DNA of 64,000 nt, from assembly GCA_043803815.1 (NCBI GenBank), contig JAZDJR010000018.1, positions 1-64,000 on the forward strand. Direction: 5' to 3'. This document shows, one piece after another, positions 17,803 to 27,154 of the stretch (position 1 is the first letter of the stretch; each line of letters begins with the position of its first letter). This stretch comes from Candidatus Micrarchaeota archaeon (GTDB lineage: Archaea > Iainarchaeota > Iainarchaeia > Iainarchaeales > JAGVWC01). A program made the position numbers and the translations under genes. The notes below the pieces were generated by a model, which saw only the letters and a list, made by a program, of their open reading frames with translations, searched no databases and was not told the origin of the DNA.

Positions 17803-18279
17803 ATGGTAAAACGATATTACAATGCAACGGTTGCCGTATTGCAGGATAAGCATATGGCCAAAGCCATGGGCGTCGGCATTAACGCGTCGCTAAAGTTTTG
17901 CACGGAAATCTGCCGGTTAATTAAGGGAAAATCCGCGCTCAAATCAAAGCAGTATTTGCTGGATATTGCGGAACACAAGCGATTTTTGCCATTAAAGCGC
18001 TACCACAAAAAAGTCGGCCACCGGAAAGGGGACAGCGTGGAAGGGCAAAAAGCGGGCCGCTACGCGGACAAAACCGTTCATAATTTTTTAAAAGTGTTTG
18101 ATAACGCGTTAGCCAACGCGGATTACAAGGGGCTGGACGAGGAAAAGCTCGTGGTAGAACAGGCCACCGCCAACCAGGCGTTCGGACGCATGTCTTTTCA
18201 GAACAAGGGGCATATCGGCGGAAAAGCGCACAAGCGCAAAACCTGCCACGTCGAAGTTATTTTGCGGGAGTCGCGATGA
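17803..18279 (+). CDS. rpl22: 50S ribosomal protein uL22
   Basis: EICRLIKG, VGHRKG, NALANADYKGL; operon position. Confidence 0.96.
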   Translation: MVKRYYNATVAVLQDKHMAKAMGVGINASLKFCTEICRLIKGKSALKSKQYLLDIAEHKRFLPLKRYHKKVGHRKGDSVEGQKAGRYADKTVHNFLKVFDNALANADYKGLDEEKLVVEQATANQAFGRMSFQNKGHIGGKAHKRKTCHVEVILRESR

Positions 18280-18282
18280 ATT

Positions 18283-19146
18283 ATGATTGAACGGTATTTT
18301 GTCGAGCAGGGAATCCGGAAAATCGAGCTGGACAAGTACCTGAAAGGCGAATTGGAACGCGCGGGTTTCACCAAATCCGAAATCGTCAAGACGCCGTTAG
18401 TGACCCGAATCGTGGTCAATGTGACCTCGCCGGGCCTTGCGATTGGAAAAGGCGGGCAAACGATTCGCCAGCTGACCGAAACCATCAAAAGCCGGTTTGG
18501 AATCGAAAATCCGCAGCTTGAAATCCGCGAAATCGCCCATCCGGAACTCGACGCGCAGGCCGTTGTCGACAAAATGGCGGGAATGGTTTCGCGCGGATTT
18601 TCCTGGCGCAGCGTGGTATTCAAAACCATGGGCAGCATTATGCGCGCCGGAGCCCAAGGGGTTGAAATCGTTGCCAAAGGAGTCATTGCCGGAAAAGGAC
18701 AGAGAAAAAGGCGCGTGCGATTTTATCAGGGATACATGAAAAAAGTCGGTGACCAGGTAAAATTGGTCGGGTTTGCCAAAGCAAGCGCGCGGACCAAAAT
18801 CGGAAATATCGGATTCAAGGTCCGAATCGTCCGGCCCGACGTCATATTCCCGGAAAAAATCGACATTCGAAAATTTGTCATCATTAAACCGGAAACCGAC
18901 GGAACCGAAAGCGCCAAAACGGAAATCGAAGTGGAAACCGTTTCAGCCAAAAGCGCGGAAGCGGCGGAACCCGAAAAAAAAGAAACCAAAAAAGCGAAAG
19001 TCCACGAGAAAAAAGAAGGAAGCGAACACAAAAAAGCAGTGCCTGAAAAAAAAGAAGCAAAAGCGGATGAAAAGGACCCGGCCAAAACCGAAATCGCGGA
19101 AGAAAAAGCGGAAGAAATTATTGAAAACATTGAAGAAGCAAAATAA
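18283..19146 (+). CDS. rps3: 30S ribosomal protein uS3 with K/E-rich tail
   Basis: KH motif PGLAIGKGG, GAQGVEI. Confidence 0.97.
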   Translation: MIERYFVEQGIRKIELDKYLKGELERAGFTKSEIVKTPLVTRIVVNVTSPGLAIGKGGQTIRQLTETIKSRFGIENPQLEIREIAHPELDAQAVVDKMAGMVSRGFSWRSVVFKTMGSIMRAGAQGVEIVAKGVIAGKGQRKRRVRFYQGYMKKVGDQVKLVGFAKASARTKIGNIGFKVRIVRPDVIFPEKIDIRKFVIIKPETDGTESAKTEIEVETVSAKSAEAAEPEKKETKKAKVHEKKEGSEHKKAVPEKKEAKADEKDPAKTEIAEEKAEEIIENIEEAK

Positions 19147-19157
19147 GGAAATTCAAA

Positions 19158-19382
19158 ATGGCAGAATTAAAAATCAAGCAATTGCGGCAACTGGGAAACG
19201 AAGAGCTAAACGAACGGCTTTCCGCAGCCCAAACCGAATTGGCCAAGGAACGCGGCCAAATCGCGTCCGGAACCAGGCCGGAAAACCCCGGAAAAGTGCG
19301 CGCACAGCGCCGTACGATCGCCCGCATCCTTACATTACTCCATGAAAAAAAATCAAAAATCGAGGTGTCAATCAAGAAATGA
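19158..19382 (+). CDS. rpl29: 50S ribosomal protein uL29
   Basis: PENPGKVR...RRTIARILT. Confidence 0.96.
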   Translation: MAELKIKQLRQLGNEELNERLSAAQTELAKERGQIASGTRPENPGKVRAQRRTIARILTLLHEKKSKIEVSIKK

Positions 19383-19681
19383 ACGGAACGTGTGAAACCT
19401 GCGGACTGCCCAAATCGTTGTGCGTCTGCGGCCAAATCGAAAAAGAGCAGCAAAAAATCAGGATTCGGCGCCTCAACCGAAAATTCGGAAAAATAATTAC
19501 CCTGATATCCGGAATGGATACCGTGGAGCACGCCAAAGAGCTTGCTAAGATCCTGAAGCGAAAACTCGCTTGTGGCGGCACGTCCAAAGAAACCCAAATC
19601 GAACTGCAAGGGGACCACATGAGAAAAGTCAAGGAAGCCCTGCTTGCGGAAGGGTATAACGAATCGTTAATCGAAATGTGA
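19379..19681 (+). CDS. Translation initiation factor aIF1 (SUI1)
   Basis: CGLP..LCVC, LKRKLACGGT, IELQGDH. Confidence 0.97.
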   Translation: MNGTCETCGLPKSLCVCGQIEKEQQKIRIRRLNRKFGKIITLISGMDTVEHAKELAKILKRKLACGGTSKETQIELQGDHMRKVKEALLAEGYNESLIEM

Positions 19682-19690
19682 GGGAAAAAA

Positions 19691-19981
19691 TTGCAAAAAT
19701 GGAATATTATGGAAAAAAACATCGGCGGCCATGAATGGATCGGCTTGGAAGCGGTCGTTGAACATTCAACGGATCCGCACAAGCGGGGACTGGCCGGAAA
19801 AATCACGGATGAAACCAAAAACACATTGAAATTGGAAACAACAGCAGGAGAAAAAACAATTCCAAAAAAAGAAGTTCAATTAAAAGTAAAGCTTTCAAAC
19901 GGCTGGACGAAACTGGACACCGCGAAATGGTGTTTTTCGCCGGAAAACCGGGTGAAAGCGTTTTTCAAAAATAAGCGGTGA
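19691..19981 (+). CDS. rnp1: Ribonuclease P protein component 1 (Rpp29)
   Basis: HEWIGL, G.ITDETKNTL, IPK, PENR; alternative start 19709. Confidence 0.92.
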   Translation: MQKWNIMEKNIGGHEWIGLEAVVEHSTDPHKRGLAGKITDETKNTLKLETTAGEKTIPKKEVQLKVKLSNGWTKLDTAKWCFSPENRVKAFFKNKR

Positions 19982-19986
19982 AAAAA

Positions 19987-20304
19987 ATGGAATGCAAAGA
20001 CCCCAATTGTTTTAAGCACGGACAGGTCAAAGTGCGTGGCAATGTTTTTACGGGAACCGTTGTAAGCGCCAAAGCCGACAAAACAGTTACTATCAAGCGA
20101 ACGATTGCGCGTTTTATTTCCAAATACGAGCGGTACAAAAAATCCACGTCCAAAATCAAGTGCCACGCGCCGGAGTGCATGGGCATTAAGGAAGGCGACA
20201 CGGTCCGGATTGGCGAAACCCGAAAACTGTCAAAAACAAAAAGTTTTACGGCAATGGAAATTATCCAAAAAGGCGAAGGAGCGGTCCAAAATGAAAGCGA
20301 TTAA
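19987..20304 (+). CDS. rps17: 30S ribosomal protein uS17
   Basis: CKDPNC..HG...RG, KYERY, ETRKLSKTK. Confidence 0.97.
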   Translation: MECKDPNCFKHGQVKVRGNVFTGTVVSAKADKTVTIKRTIARFISKYERYKKSTSKIKCHAPECMGIKEGDTVRIGETRKLSKTKSFTAMEIIQKGEGAVQNESD

Positions 20305-20689
20305 TGCGTCCGCCAGCAAAGGCTTAACGCACCATAGCCGTTGCTTTTGCACGGACAATTCCGGAGCCAAAGAAGTCTCGATTATCGCGGTGCTGAAATT
20401 CCGGGGGCGAAAACGCATGGCAATGAAAGCGGGAATCGCGGACCTGGTCAATGTGGTTGTCAAAAAAGGAAAGCCCGAAATCCGGAAAAAAGTCGAACGC
20501 GCGGTTATTGTCCGCGTACGCAAGGAATACCGGAGAAAAGACGGCACGCGCGTGCAATTCGAGGACAACGCGGTCGTTTTGGTGGACGAAAAAGGGCTTC
20601 CCAAGGCAAGTGAAATCAAAGGGGTTGTCGCAAAAGAAGTCGGCGAACGATACCCAAAAGTCGCGGGCCTTGCCCAAGCGGTCGTTTAA
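20291..20689 (+). CDS. rpl14: 50S ribosomal protein uL14
   Basis: DNSGAK, FEDNAVV; ATG at 20291. Confidence 0.98.
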   Translation: MKAINASASKGLTHHSRCFCTDNSGAKEVSIIAVLKFRGRKRMAMKAGIADLVNVVVKKGKPEIRKKVERAVIVRVRKEYRRKDGTRVQFEDNAVVLVDEKGLPKASEIKGVVAKEVGERYPKVAGLAQAVV

Positions 20690-20698
20690 AGTGAAAAC

Positions 20699-21406
20699 AT
20701 GAATCCCAAAAGCAAAAAACCAAGAAAACAGCGCCGGTTCTGGCGAAACCTGCCTTTGCATCTGGCACAAAAACGCCTGGCGATTCATTTGAACAAAGAG
20801 CTCAAAAAAGAGCTCAAAAAAACCGCCTTGCCATGCCGCAAGGAAGACGCCGTTCAGATTGTCCGCGGCCAATTCAGGGGAAAAACCGGCAAAATCGCGG
20901 GGGTCAATTACAAAAAAGGAACCGTGACGATTGAAAAAATTTTGCGAAAAAAAACCGACGGAAAAGAAGTATTGGTTCCGATTCAGGCAAGCAACCTTAT
21001 ACTGACCGCAGTTGAAAGAAAAGACGAAGCGCGATTCGGAAAAAAACCCGCGAAAACCGCGGTTCCAAAAGAAGCGGCCAAAGCCAAAAAAGAGGAAAGT
21101 CCGGTCGCGTTGAAAGTTAAATCGGACAGCGAGGAAATAAAGGCAAAACCAAAACTCGCTGAAAAAACAGTTTTCGCAGAAGCGAAAAAAGACGTTAAAA
21201 CCGATATGCAAAAAGCAAAATTTGAAAGCTTGAAGGCATCCCAATTCGGGGCCAAAAAAGAGGAAAAAATGCCCGGCCAAAAAACAAAATTCGAACAGTT
21301 AAAGTCGGCGCAATTCGGAGCGGCTTCAAAAAAAGAAGTCACGAAATTCAACGATAAAAATACCGAAATAATCAAACCAACCAAAAAAGCGGGGGCGAAA
21401 AAGTAA
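20699..21406 (+). CDS. rpl24: 50S ribosomal protein uL24 with about 120-aa C-terminal extension
   Basis: SKKPRKQR, KOW motif IVRGQFRGKTGKI, PIQASNL. Confidence 0.95.
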   Translation: MNPKSKKPRKQRRFWRNLPLHLAQKRLAIHLNKELKKELKKTALPCRKEDAVQIVRGQFRGKTGKIAGVNYKKGTVTIEKILRKKTDGKEVLVPIQASNLILTAVERKDEARFGKKPAKTAVPKEAAKAKKEESPVALKVKSDSEEIKAKPKLAEKTVFAEAKKDVKTDMQKAKFESLKASQFGAKKEEKMPGQKTKFEQLKSAQFGAASKKEVTKFNDKNTEIIKPTKKAGAKK

Positions 21407-22140
21407 TGGCAAACAAAAGCGGTTCGCGGCACAACAAACGCGTGGCATTGCCCAAAAGCAGGCATTTATCCAGAAAGACGTATACCTGGGCGATTCGGCC
21501 GACGCCGGGGCCCCACAAAAAAGAAAGCGCATTGCCGTTAGGCGAAATTTTGCGCGAAAAAATGGGGGTTGCCACGAACCGAAAAGAAGCCAAACTGGTG
21601 CTAAACGCCCAAAAGGTTTTGGTGGATGGCGTGGTGCGCAGCGAATTAAAATTTCCGGTCGGGTTGTTCGACGTGGTCAGCCTTTTGGACGAAAAAAAGC
21701 ATTTTCGGGTCGTATTTGACCGCAAAGGAAGACTGCAATTGGCGGAAGTTGCGGAAAACGAAAAAAATCAGAAAGTCTCGAAAGTGACTGCCAAAAAAAG
21801 CGTTGGAAAAGACCAAGTACAGTTGACCACGCAGGACGGGCGGACGTTTCTTGAAAAACCCGGCTTTGCATCGGTCGGCGATTCGCTGGTAATCGAACTT
21901 GGAGAAACCGCAAAAATCAAATCCGTTTTAAAGCTTGAAAAAGGCCACATCGCGTATGTTTTCAGCGGAGTGCACGTCGGAATTGTCGCCCAAATCAGGG
22001 AATTGGCCAAGGGAACCATGCAAAAACCCGCTTTGGCAACCTTGACGGACGACAAGGAAGAGTTTCAGACGGTTACCAAAAACCTCGTGATTGTTGGAAA
22101 AGACAAGCCCGCGATTACCACCCGATGGATTGAAAAATAA
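21406..22140 (+). CDS. rps4e: 30S ribosomal protein eS4
   Basis: PGPH, VLVDG, FPVGLFDV, DGRT. Confidence 0.97.
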   Translation: MANKSGSRHNKRVALPKSRHLSRKTYTWAIRPTPGPHKKESALPLGEILREKMGVATNRKEAKLVLNAQKVLVDGVVRSELKFPVGLFDVVSLLDEKKHFRVVFDRKGRLQLAEVAENEKNQKVSKVTAKKSVGKDQVQLTTQDGRTFLEKPGFASVGDSLVIELGETAKIKSVLKLEKGHIAYVFSGVHVGIVAQIRELAKGTMQKPALATLTDDKEEFQTVTKNLVIVGKDKPAITTRWIEK

Positions 22141-22187
22141 AGCAAGACCAAAAAAAGAATAAAAAAATAAAATTTGAGTGAAATTAA

Positions 22188-22712
22188 ATGAACCCGAACG
22201 AAAATCTGATGCGCAAAATCCGCATTGAAAAAATAACGGTCAACATGGGCGTAGGCGAAGCCGGCGACGCCTTGGAACGCGCGCAGACGATTATGGAAAA
22301 AATCACCGGCGCCAAGGCCGTGCAAACAAAAGCCAAAATCCGCCTGCCGACATGGGAAATCCGGCCCGGCCTGCCCATCGGAGTAAAAGTCACCCTGCGA
22401 AAGCAAAAAGCGCTGGAATTTTTAAAACGCGCATTATCGGCCAGGGACAACGAACTGAATTCGCGCGTGTTTGACAACCGCGGAAACTTCGGGTTCGGCG
22501 TCAAGGAATACATTGATTTGCCCGGCGTCAAATACGACCCCAAGCTCGGCGTGCGCGGATTCGACGTTTTGGTTACATTGGAACGCCCGGGTTACCGCAT
22601 CAAGCGCAGAAAATTAAAGCCGGCCGGAATCGGAAAAAAACACGCGATTGCCAAGCAGGACGCCATGGATTTTTTATCCGGCCAGTTTGGAGTCAAATTT
22701 GAAGAGAAGTGA
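22188..22712 (+). CDS. rpl5: 50S ribosomal protein uL5
   Basis: IEKITVNMGVG, PIGVKVTLR, GNFGFG, YDP. Confidence 0.98.
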   Translation: MNPNENLMRKIRIEKITVNMGVGEAGDALERAQTIMEKITGAKAVQTKAKIRLPTWEIRPGLPIGVKVTLRKQKALEFLKRALSARDNELNSRVFDNRGNFGFGVKEYIDLPGVKYDPKLGVRGFDVLVTLERPGYRIKRRKLKPAGIGKKHAIAKQDAMDFLSGQFGVKFEEK

Positions 22713-22716
22713 AACT

Positions 22717-22896
22717 ATGGTAAAATCGAAAATTGATAAGCACAACCAAAAAAAGAAAAAAAATCCGAAATACGAAAAAGCCAAGTGCCGCATGTGCAAA
22801 GGCCAAAAAGGCATGGTGTACAAGTATAACCTTCGATTATGCCGCCGGTGCTTTAAGGATTTTGCCCGCGAAATCGGATTTACAAAATTCAATTAA
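22717..22896 (+). CDS. rps14: 30S ribosomal protein uS14 (zinc type)
   Basis: CRMC...LCRRCF...IGFTK. Confidence 0.96.
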   Translation: MVKSKIDKHNQKKKKNPKYEKAKCRMCKGQKGMVYKYNLRLCRRCFKDFAREIGFTKFN

Positions 22897-22924
22897 AATG
22901 ATTTGAAAAAATTAGGTGAAAAAA

Positions 22925-23314
22925 ATGGCTCAAGACCCGATTGCAAATGCGTTAACAAACATTAAGAACAGCGAAAACGCGGCCAAAAAAAAGTGCGAGT
23001 TCCGCCCCGCTTCCAAACTGATGGGCGAAATTTTGCGCGTGATGAAAGAACACGGCTACATTGAAAGCTACGAGTTCGTTTCCGACGAAAAAAACGGCCA
23101 TTTTAAAGTCATGCTGTCGGGCAAAATCAACGAATGCCGCGCCATCAAGCCGCGCTATGCGGTCCAAAAAGGCGGGTTTGAAAAATTCGAAAAGCGGTAC
23201 CTGCCTTCCCGCGATTTGGGATTAATCATCGTGAGCACCTCCAAAGGCGTCAAATCGCACCAGAACGCCAAAGACGAAGGAATCGGGGGACGCCTGCTCG
23301 CGTTCGTGTATTAG
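22925..23314 (+). CDS. rps8: 30S ribosomal protein uS8
   Basis: DPIANAL, IKPR, IVSTSKG, GGRLLAFVY. Confidence 0.98.
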   Translation: MAQDPIANALTNIKNSENAAKKKCEFRPASKLMGEILRVMKEHGYIESYEFVSDEKNGHFKVMLSGKINECRAIKPRYAVQKGGFEKFEKRYLPSRDLGLIIVSTSKGVKSHQNAKDEGIGGRLLAFVY

Positions 23315-23324
23315 GATTGAAATT

Positions 23325-23864
23325 ATGAAAGTACTGGAACGAAAAGTCAAAGTGCCGGACGGCGTTACCGTTGAAATCAGCGGACATTCGGTCAGCGTTG
23401 CCAAAGGGCCAAAAAAATTGTCCAAGGATTTTGGAACCGACGAAGTTACGATTACCAGGCAAGGCGACGAAATCGTTTTGCAGGCGGTCAAAAACAACCG
23501 GCAGCACAACGCCATTTTAAACGCCTTGGCCACGCACGTGCAAAATCTAATGCAAGGCGCGGAAGGCGAGTTTGAATACAAAATGGCCATCGTATTCAGC
23601 CACTTTCCGATGACGGTTACCGTCAAGGGAAACAAAGTGGAAATCAACAATTTTACCGGAGAAAAAAGGCCGCGCATTGCCAAAATCGTGGGCCAAACCA
23701 AAGTGGAAGTCAAGGGAAAAGACGTCACGGTCCGCGGCTCCAACAAGGACGAAACCGGCCAGACCGCGGCCAACATCGAAACCGCAACGCGCATTACCGG
23801 AAAAGACCGGCGGGTTTATCAGGACGGCATTTTTGTAGTTGAAAAAAAACACGTAAAAGCATAA
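23325..23864 (+). CDS. rpl6: 50S ribosomal protein uL6
   Basis: SHFPM, GQTAANIE, DRRVYQDGI. Confidence 0.98.
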   Translation: MKVLERKVKVPDGVTVEISGHSVSVAKGPKKLSKDFGTDEVTITRQGDEIVLQAVKNNRQHNAILNALATHVQNLMQGAEGEFEYKMAIVFSHFPMTVTVKGNKVEINNFTGEKRPRIAKIVGQTKVEVKGKDVTVRGSNKDETGQTAANIETATRITGKDRRVYQDGIFVVEKKHVKA

Positions 23865-23874
23865 AGGAAACAAT

Positions 23875-24519
23875 ATGGCTGGAAAAAAAGAGCAAAAAAA
23901 AATTGATGGCCCTGCAAAGGAACCAAAGCTACCGGTTCATCCGGCAAACGCCGCTTCCAAAGCCCATGGAACCGCAGCGGTTTCGCATTCAAAAGCCGAA
24001 GAAAAAGCGGAACAGCCAAAAACCATCGATTCCAAGCCCTCGGCGCAAAAAGAAGCCGGCCAGGCAGGCCAAAAGCCCAAAAAAGAAAAAAAAGCAAAGC
24101 CGTTAAAACCCAAAAGCCGGCGAACGGGAACCGCGGTCACGGGAAAAGCCAAAAAAACGTTAATCAAAGTGCAGGACCAAATCAAAAACAAGGCTAGGCA
24201 CAATTTTCGCCGCAGAATCGGCAACCGATGGACGCACAATATCACCGGCAAAAAATGGGACAAATGGAGAAAAGCCCGCGGAATCGACATTCAGCGCAAG
24301 CAGGAATACGGCCTGATTCCGGACTCGGGTTACCGCACACCCGCAAATATCCGCGGATTGCATCCCAGCGGCCTTAAAGAATTGATGGTGCACAATGCCA
24401 AACAAGCGCAGCTGGCGTCCAATGACGTGGTCGTGCGCATTGCCCGAACCGTCGGAAAGAAAAAAAGAAAGGAAATTTTAACAGTTTGCCAAGCCAAAAA
24501 AGTAAGGGTTGTGAATTAA
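23875..24519 (+). CDS. rpl32e: 50S ribosomal protein eL32 with long N-terminal extension
   Basis: KWRKARGID, GYRTP..IRGLHPSG. Confidence 0.95.
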   Translation: MAGKKEQKKIDGPAKEPKLPVHPANAASKAHGTAAVSHSKAEEKAEQPKTIDSKPSAQKEAGQAGQKPKKEKKAKPLKPKSRRTGTAVTGKAKKTLIKVQDQIKNKARHNFRRRIGNRWTHNITGKKWDKWRKARGIDIQRKQEYGLIPDSGYRTPANIRGLHPSGLKELMVHNAKQAQLASNDVVVRIARTVGKKKRKEILTVCQAKKVRVVN

Positions 24520-24520
24520 A

Positions 24521-24952
24521 ATGCAGGCCAATAAAATCCGGCGGCTCGCCTCAACGGTCTTGAAAACCGGCGAAACCGGCATCTGGTTTGACGAAACCCA
24601 AATGGATAAAGTGACGGAATGCATGACCAAAGAAGACGTGCGGCAGCTGATTAACCAGGGAATTATCAAAAAGCGTTTGGCAATCGGCCAAAGCAAGGGA
24701 CGAAGCCGGAAACTCGCCTTGAAAAAGAAAAAGGGGCGCAGACGCGGATTCGGAAAACGCGGCGGAACCCAAAAAACGCGCTCCGAGAAAAAGAAAAACT
24801 GGATGAAACGCGTCAGGTCGCAGCGGACATTTTTGCGGGAACTTAAAAAAAAGAAAAAAATGGATTCCAAAACATACCAGGCGGCGTACAAGCGCATTTC
24901 GGGCGGTTTTTTCAAAGGGAAAAAAAATATCGAACAGGCGGTAAAGGGGTAA
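24521..24952 (+). CDS. rpl19e: 50S ribosomal protein eL19
   Basis: RRLA..VLK.G...IW, KKGRRRG.G.R.G, WMKRVR. Confidence 0.97.
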   Translation: MQANKIRRLASTVLKTGETGIWFDETQMDKVTECMTKEDVRQLINQGIIKKRLAIGQSKGRSRKLALKKKKGRRRGFGKRGGTQKTRSEKKKNWMKRVRSQRTFLRELKKKKKMDSKTYQAAYKRISGGFFKGKKNIEQAVKG

Positions 24953-24956
24953 AATT

Positions 24957-25478
24957 ATGGCATTTAAACGAACCTATCAGACGCAGTTTTCGCGGCGGAA
25001 AAAAGGGCAAACCAATTATGCCAAGAGATTGGCATTATTAAAATCCAAGCAAAACCGCGTGGCCATCCGCAATTCCAACCAGGGACTGACGGTTGAATGC
25101 ATTGCTTACCAAACCGACGGAGACCGCGTATTGGCATTTGCCGTTGCGAGAGATATTAGAAAATCGGGCTGGAAAAAAAGCCTGTCCAATATTCCGGCCG
25201 CTTATCTGACCGGCATTCTGGCGGGGCACAGAATGAAAACCGCGGGCGTTGGAAACGTCGTTTTGGATTTGGGGCTTCAAAAAGCGCATCATGGCGGGCG
25301 GTTGTTTGCCGCGGCCAAGGGAGTTATCGACGCGGGAATCGCCCTGAATGTCAATGCCGATGTTTTTCCAAGCGACGACCGCCTGCATGGAAAACACATC
25401 CAGGGATTCGCGGAAAACGTGGAAACCGTCAAGCAAGCCATTTTGAATTCAAAAGTACAAAAAAAAGGTGAACACTAA
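24957..25478 (+). CDS. rpl18: 50S ribosomal protein uL18
   Basis: RR..GQTNY..RL.LL, NIPAAYLTG, LDLGL. Confidence 0.97.
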   Translation: MAFKRTYQTQFSRRKKGQTNYAKRLALLKSKQNRVAIRNSNQGLTVECIAYQTDGDRVLAFAVARDIRKSGWKKSLSNIPAAYLTGILAGHRMKTAGVGNVVLDLGLQKAHHGGRLFAAAKGVIDAGIALNVNADVFPSDDRLHGKHIQGFAENVETVKQAILNSKVQKKGEH

Positions 25479-26236
25479 TGCCCAGACCAGGAAAACCAAG
25501 ACCCCAAATGCAAAAAAAACGCAGACGAAAAACCGAGGAAGAATCCTCCGAGTTTCGCGAACGCTCGCGAAGCGACCGCGTGGACAACTGGATTCCCAAA
25601 ACCAATCTGGGAAGAAAAGTCAAAAACGCCGAAATCTCGACTTTGGAGCAATTATTCGACCAGGGCCTGCCGGTCATGGAACCTGAAATTATCGACTCCT
25701 TGATTCCCAATATGGCGGAAAAGCTGGTGGAATTCAAAAAAACCGCGCGCATCAGCCAAAGCGGACGAAATTTTTCTTATCGTGCAACCGTTTTGGTCGG
25801 GAACCGCAACGGGTTTGTCGGAGTCGGAGTCGCTTCCGACCGCGAACGCCAGGCCGCGGCCCAAAAAGCAACCGAACATGCCAAGCTGAATCTGGTGCAC
25901 GTGTACCGCGGCTGCGGAAGCTGGGAATGCGTCTGCGGAACCAATCATTCGATTCCGTTTAAAGTCGACGGCCGCTGCGGCTCGGTTCGCATCCGGTTAA
26001 AACCGGGCCCGAAAGGAGTCGGCTTAGTGGTCGGCAATAATATCAAGGATGTTTTCGAGTTTGCAGGCATTTCGGATGTCTGGTCCGAAACCAAAGGCCA
26101 CACCGCAACCAAGCTCAATTTTATCCGGGCGGCTTTGAATGCCATGGGCAAAACCAGCGCCATGCGCATATCCAAAGAAGTCGCCAAAAAAGTGGAACAC
26201 CAGGTACGCGAAATGCCGCGTGCGGAGATGGAATAA
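25478..26236 (+). CDS. rps5: 30S ribosomal protein uS5
   Basis: WIPKTNLG, RGCGSWEC.CG..HSIPF. Confidence 0.98.
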   Translation: MPRPGKPRPQMQKKRRRKTEEESSEFRERSRSDRVDNWIPKTNLGRKVKNAEISTLEQLFDQGLPVMEPEIIDSLIPNMAEKLVEFKKTARISQSGRNFSYRATVLVGNRNGFVGVGVASDRERQAAAQKATEHAKLNLVHVYRGCGSWECVCGTNHSIPFKVDGRCGSVRIRLKPGPKGVGLVVGNNIKDVFEFAGISDVWSETKGHTATKLNFIRAALNAMGKTSAMRISKEVAKKVEHQVREMPRAEME

Positions 26237-26697
26237 TGTTTGCCATTGTTCGGCTGCGCGGAGAAGTTCACACCAATCCGACAGTCAAAAAAACCATGGA
26301 ACTGCTCGGCTTGAACCGCATCAGCCACATGGTGTTAAAGCCCAAGACAGCCCAGATGCAGGCCATGATTAAAAATGTGGAATCGTTCACCGCTTTCGGA
26401 GAAATCAACAGCGTTACCTTGGCCTTAGTGCTTGAAAAACGCGGACGATTGGTCGGAGACAAGCGGCTGGATGCCGCATTTTTGAAAAAAAAAGGGTTTA
26501 AATCGTTTGAGGATTTGGCCAACCAGCTCATCGCGGGCAAAACAACGGTTTCCAAACTGGGAATCAAAAAAGTGTTTCGCCTTAATTCGCCGAGAAAAGG
26601 ATTCGAGCGCGGCGGAATCAAAAAATCGTTTTCCATGGGCGGAGCAACGGGTTACCGCGCCAACGCGATTAACGATTTAATCAAACGGATGGCATAA
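26236..26697 (+). CDS. rpl30: 50S ribosomal protein uL30
   Basis: AIVRLRG, FRLNSPRKG, GG..GYR...IN.LIKRM. Confidence 0.97.
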   Translation: MFAIVRLRGEVHTNPTVKKTMELLGLNRISHMVLKPKTAQMQAMIKNVESFTAFGEINSVTLALVLEKRGRLVGDKRLDAAFLKKKGFKSFEDLANQLIAGKTTVSKLGIKKVFRLNSPRKGFERGGIKKSFSMGGATGYRANAINDLIKRMA

Positions 26698-26707
26698 AGG
26701 GATTGGT

Positions 26708-27154
26708 ATGGTTGTTCGAAGAAAAAGTCGAAGCAATAAAAAACGCGGCGGGCGAACGCAGCACGGCAATACCAAAAATTGGCGCGCGAGCGGATGCCAG
26801 GGCGGACATGGGCGCGCGGGAAGCCACAAGCACAAATATTCAAAGTATTACAAGACATTCGGAGTCAAAATCCGCATGAAAACCCGGTCTGGCCCGGTCA
26901 AAGCCATTAACCTGAAAGATTTGAACGCCTTGATTCCGGTTTGGCTGGACAAAAAGCTTTGCGAAAAAACACCGGACGGCCGAATCGTTGTTGACGGGGA
27001 AAAAGTCGGCATTGGAAAAGTCCTGAGCTCGGGTTCTTTGACATTTGACGTTGAATTCAAAAATATCGTGCTAAGCGAAAAAGCCAAAGCCAAAATCGAA
27101 GGCGATGAATTCGAGCCCGAACGCGGAAAAACGCAAAGCGGGGATTCCAAGTGA
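26708..27154 (+). CDS. rpl15: 50S ribosomal protein uL15
   Basis: RG.RT.HG, GG.GRAG..KHK, KVL..G. Confidence 0.95.
   Translation: MVVRRKSRSNKKRGGRTQHGNTKNWRASGCQGGHGRAGSHKHKYSKYYKTFGVKIRMKTRSGPVKAINLKDLNALIPVWLDKKLCEKTPDGRIVVDGEKVGIGKVLSSGSLTFDVEFKNIVLSEKAKAKIEGDEFEPERGKTQSGDSK

Noticed and set aside
20105-20290. Extended uL14 N-terminus; similar extensions for uL13, dUTPase, wHTH and the 4063 ORF
   Set aside because: Artefacts of longest-ORF calling into upstream genes; internal starts give canonical lengths.
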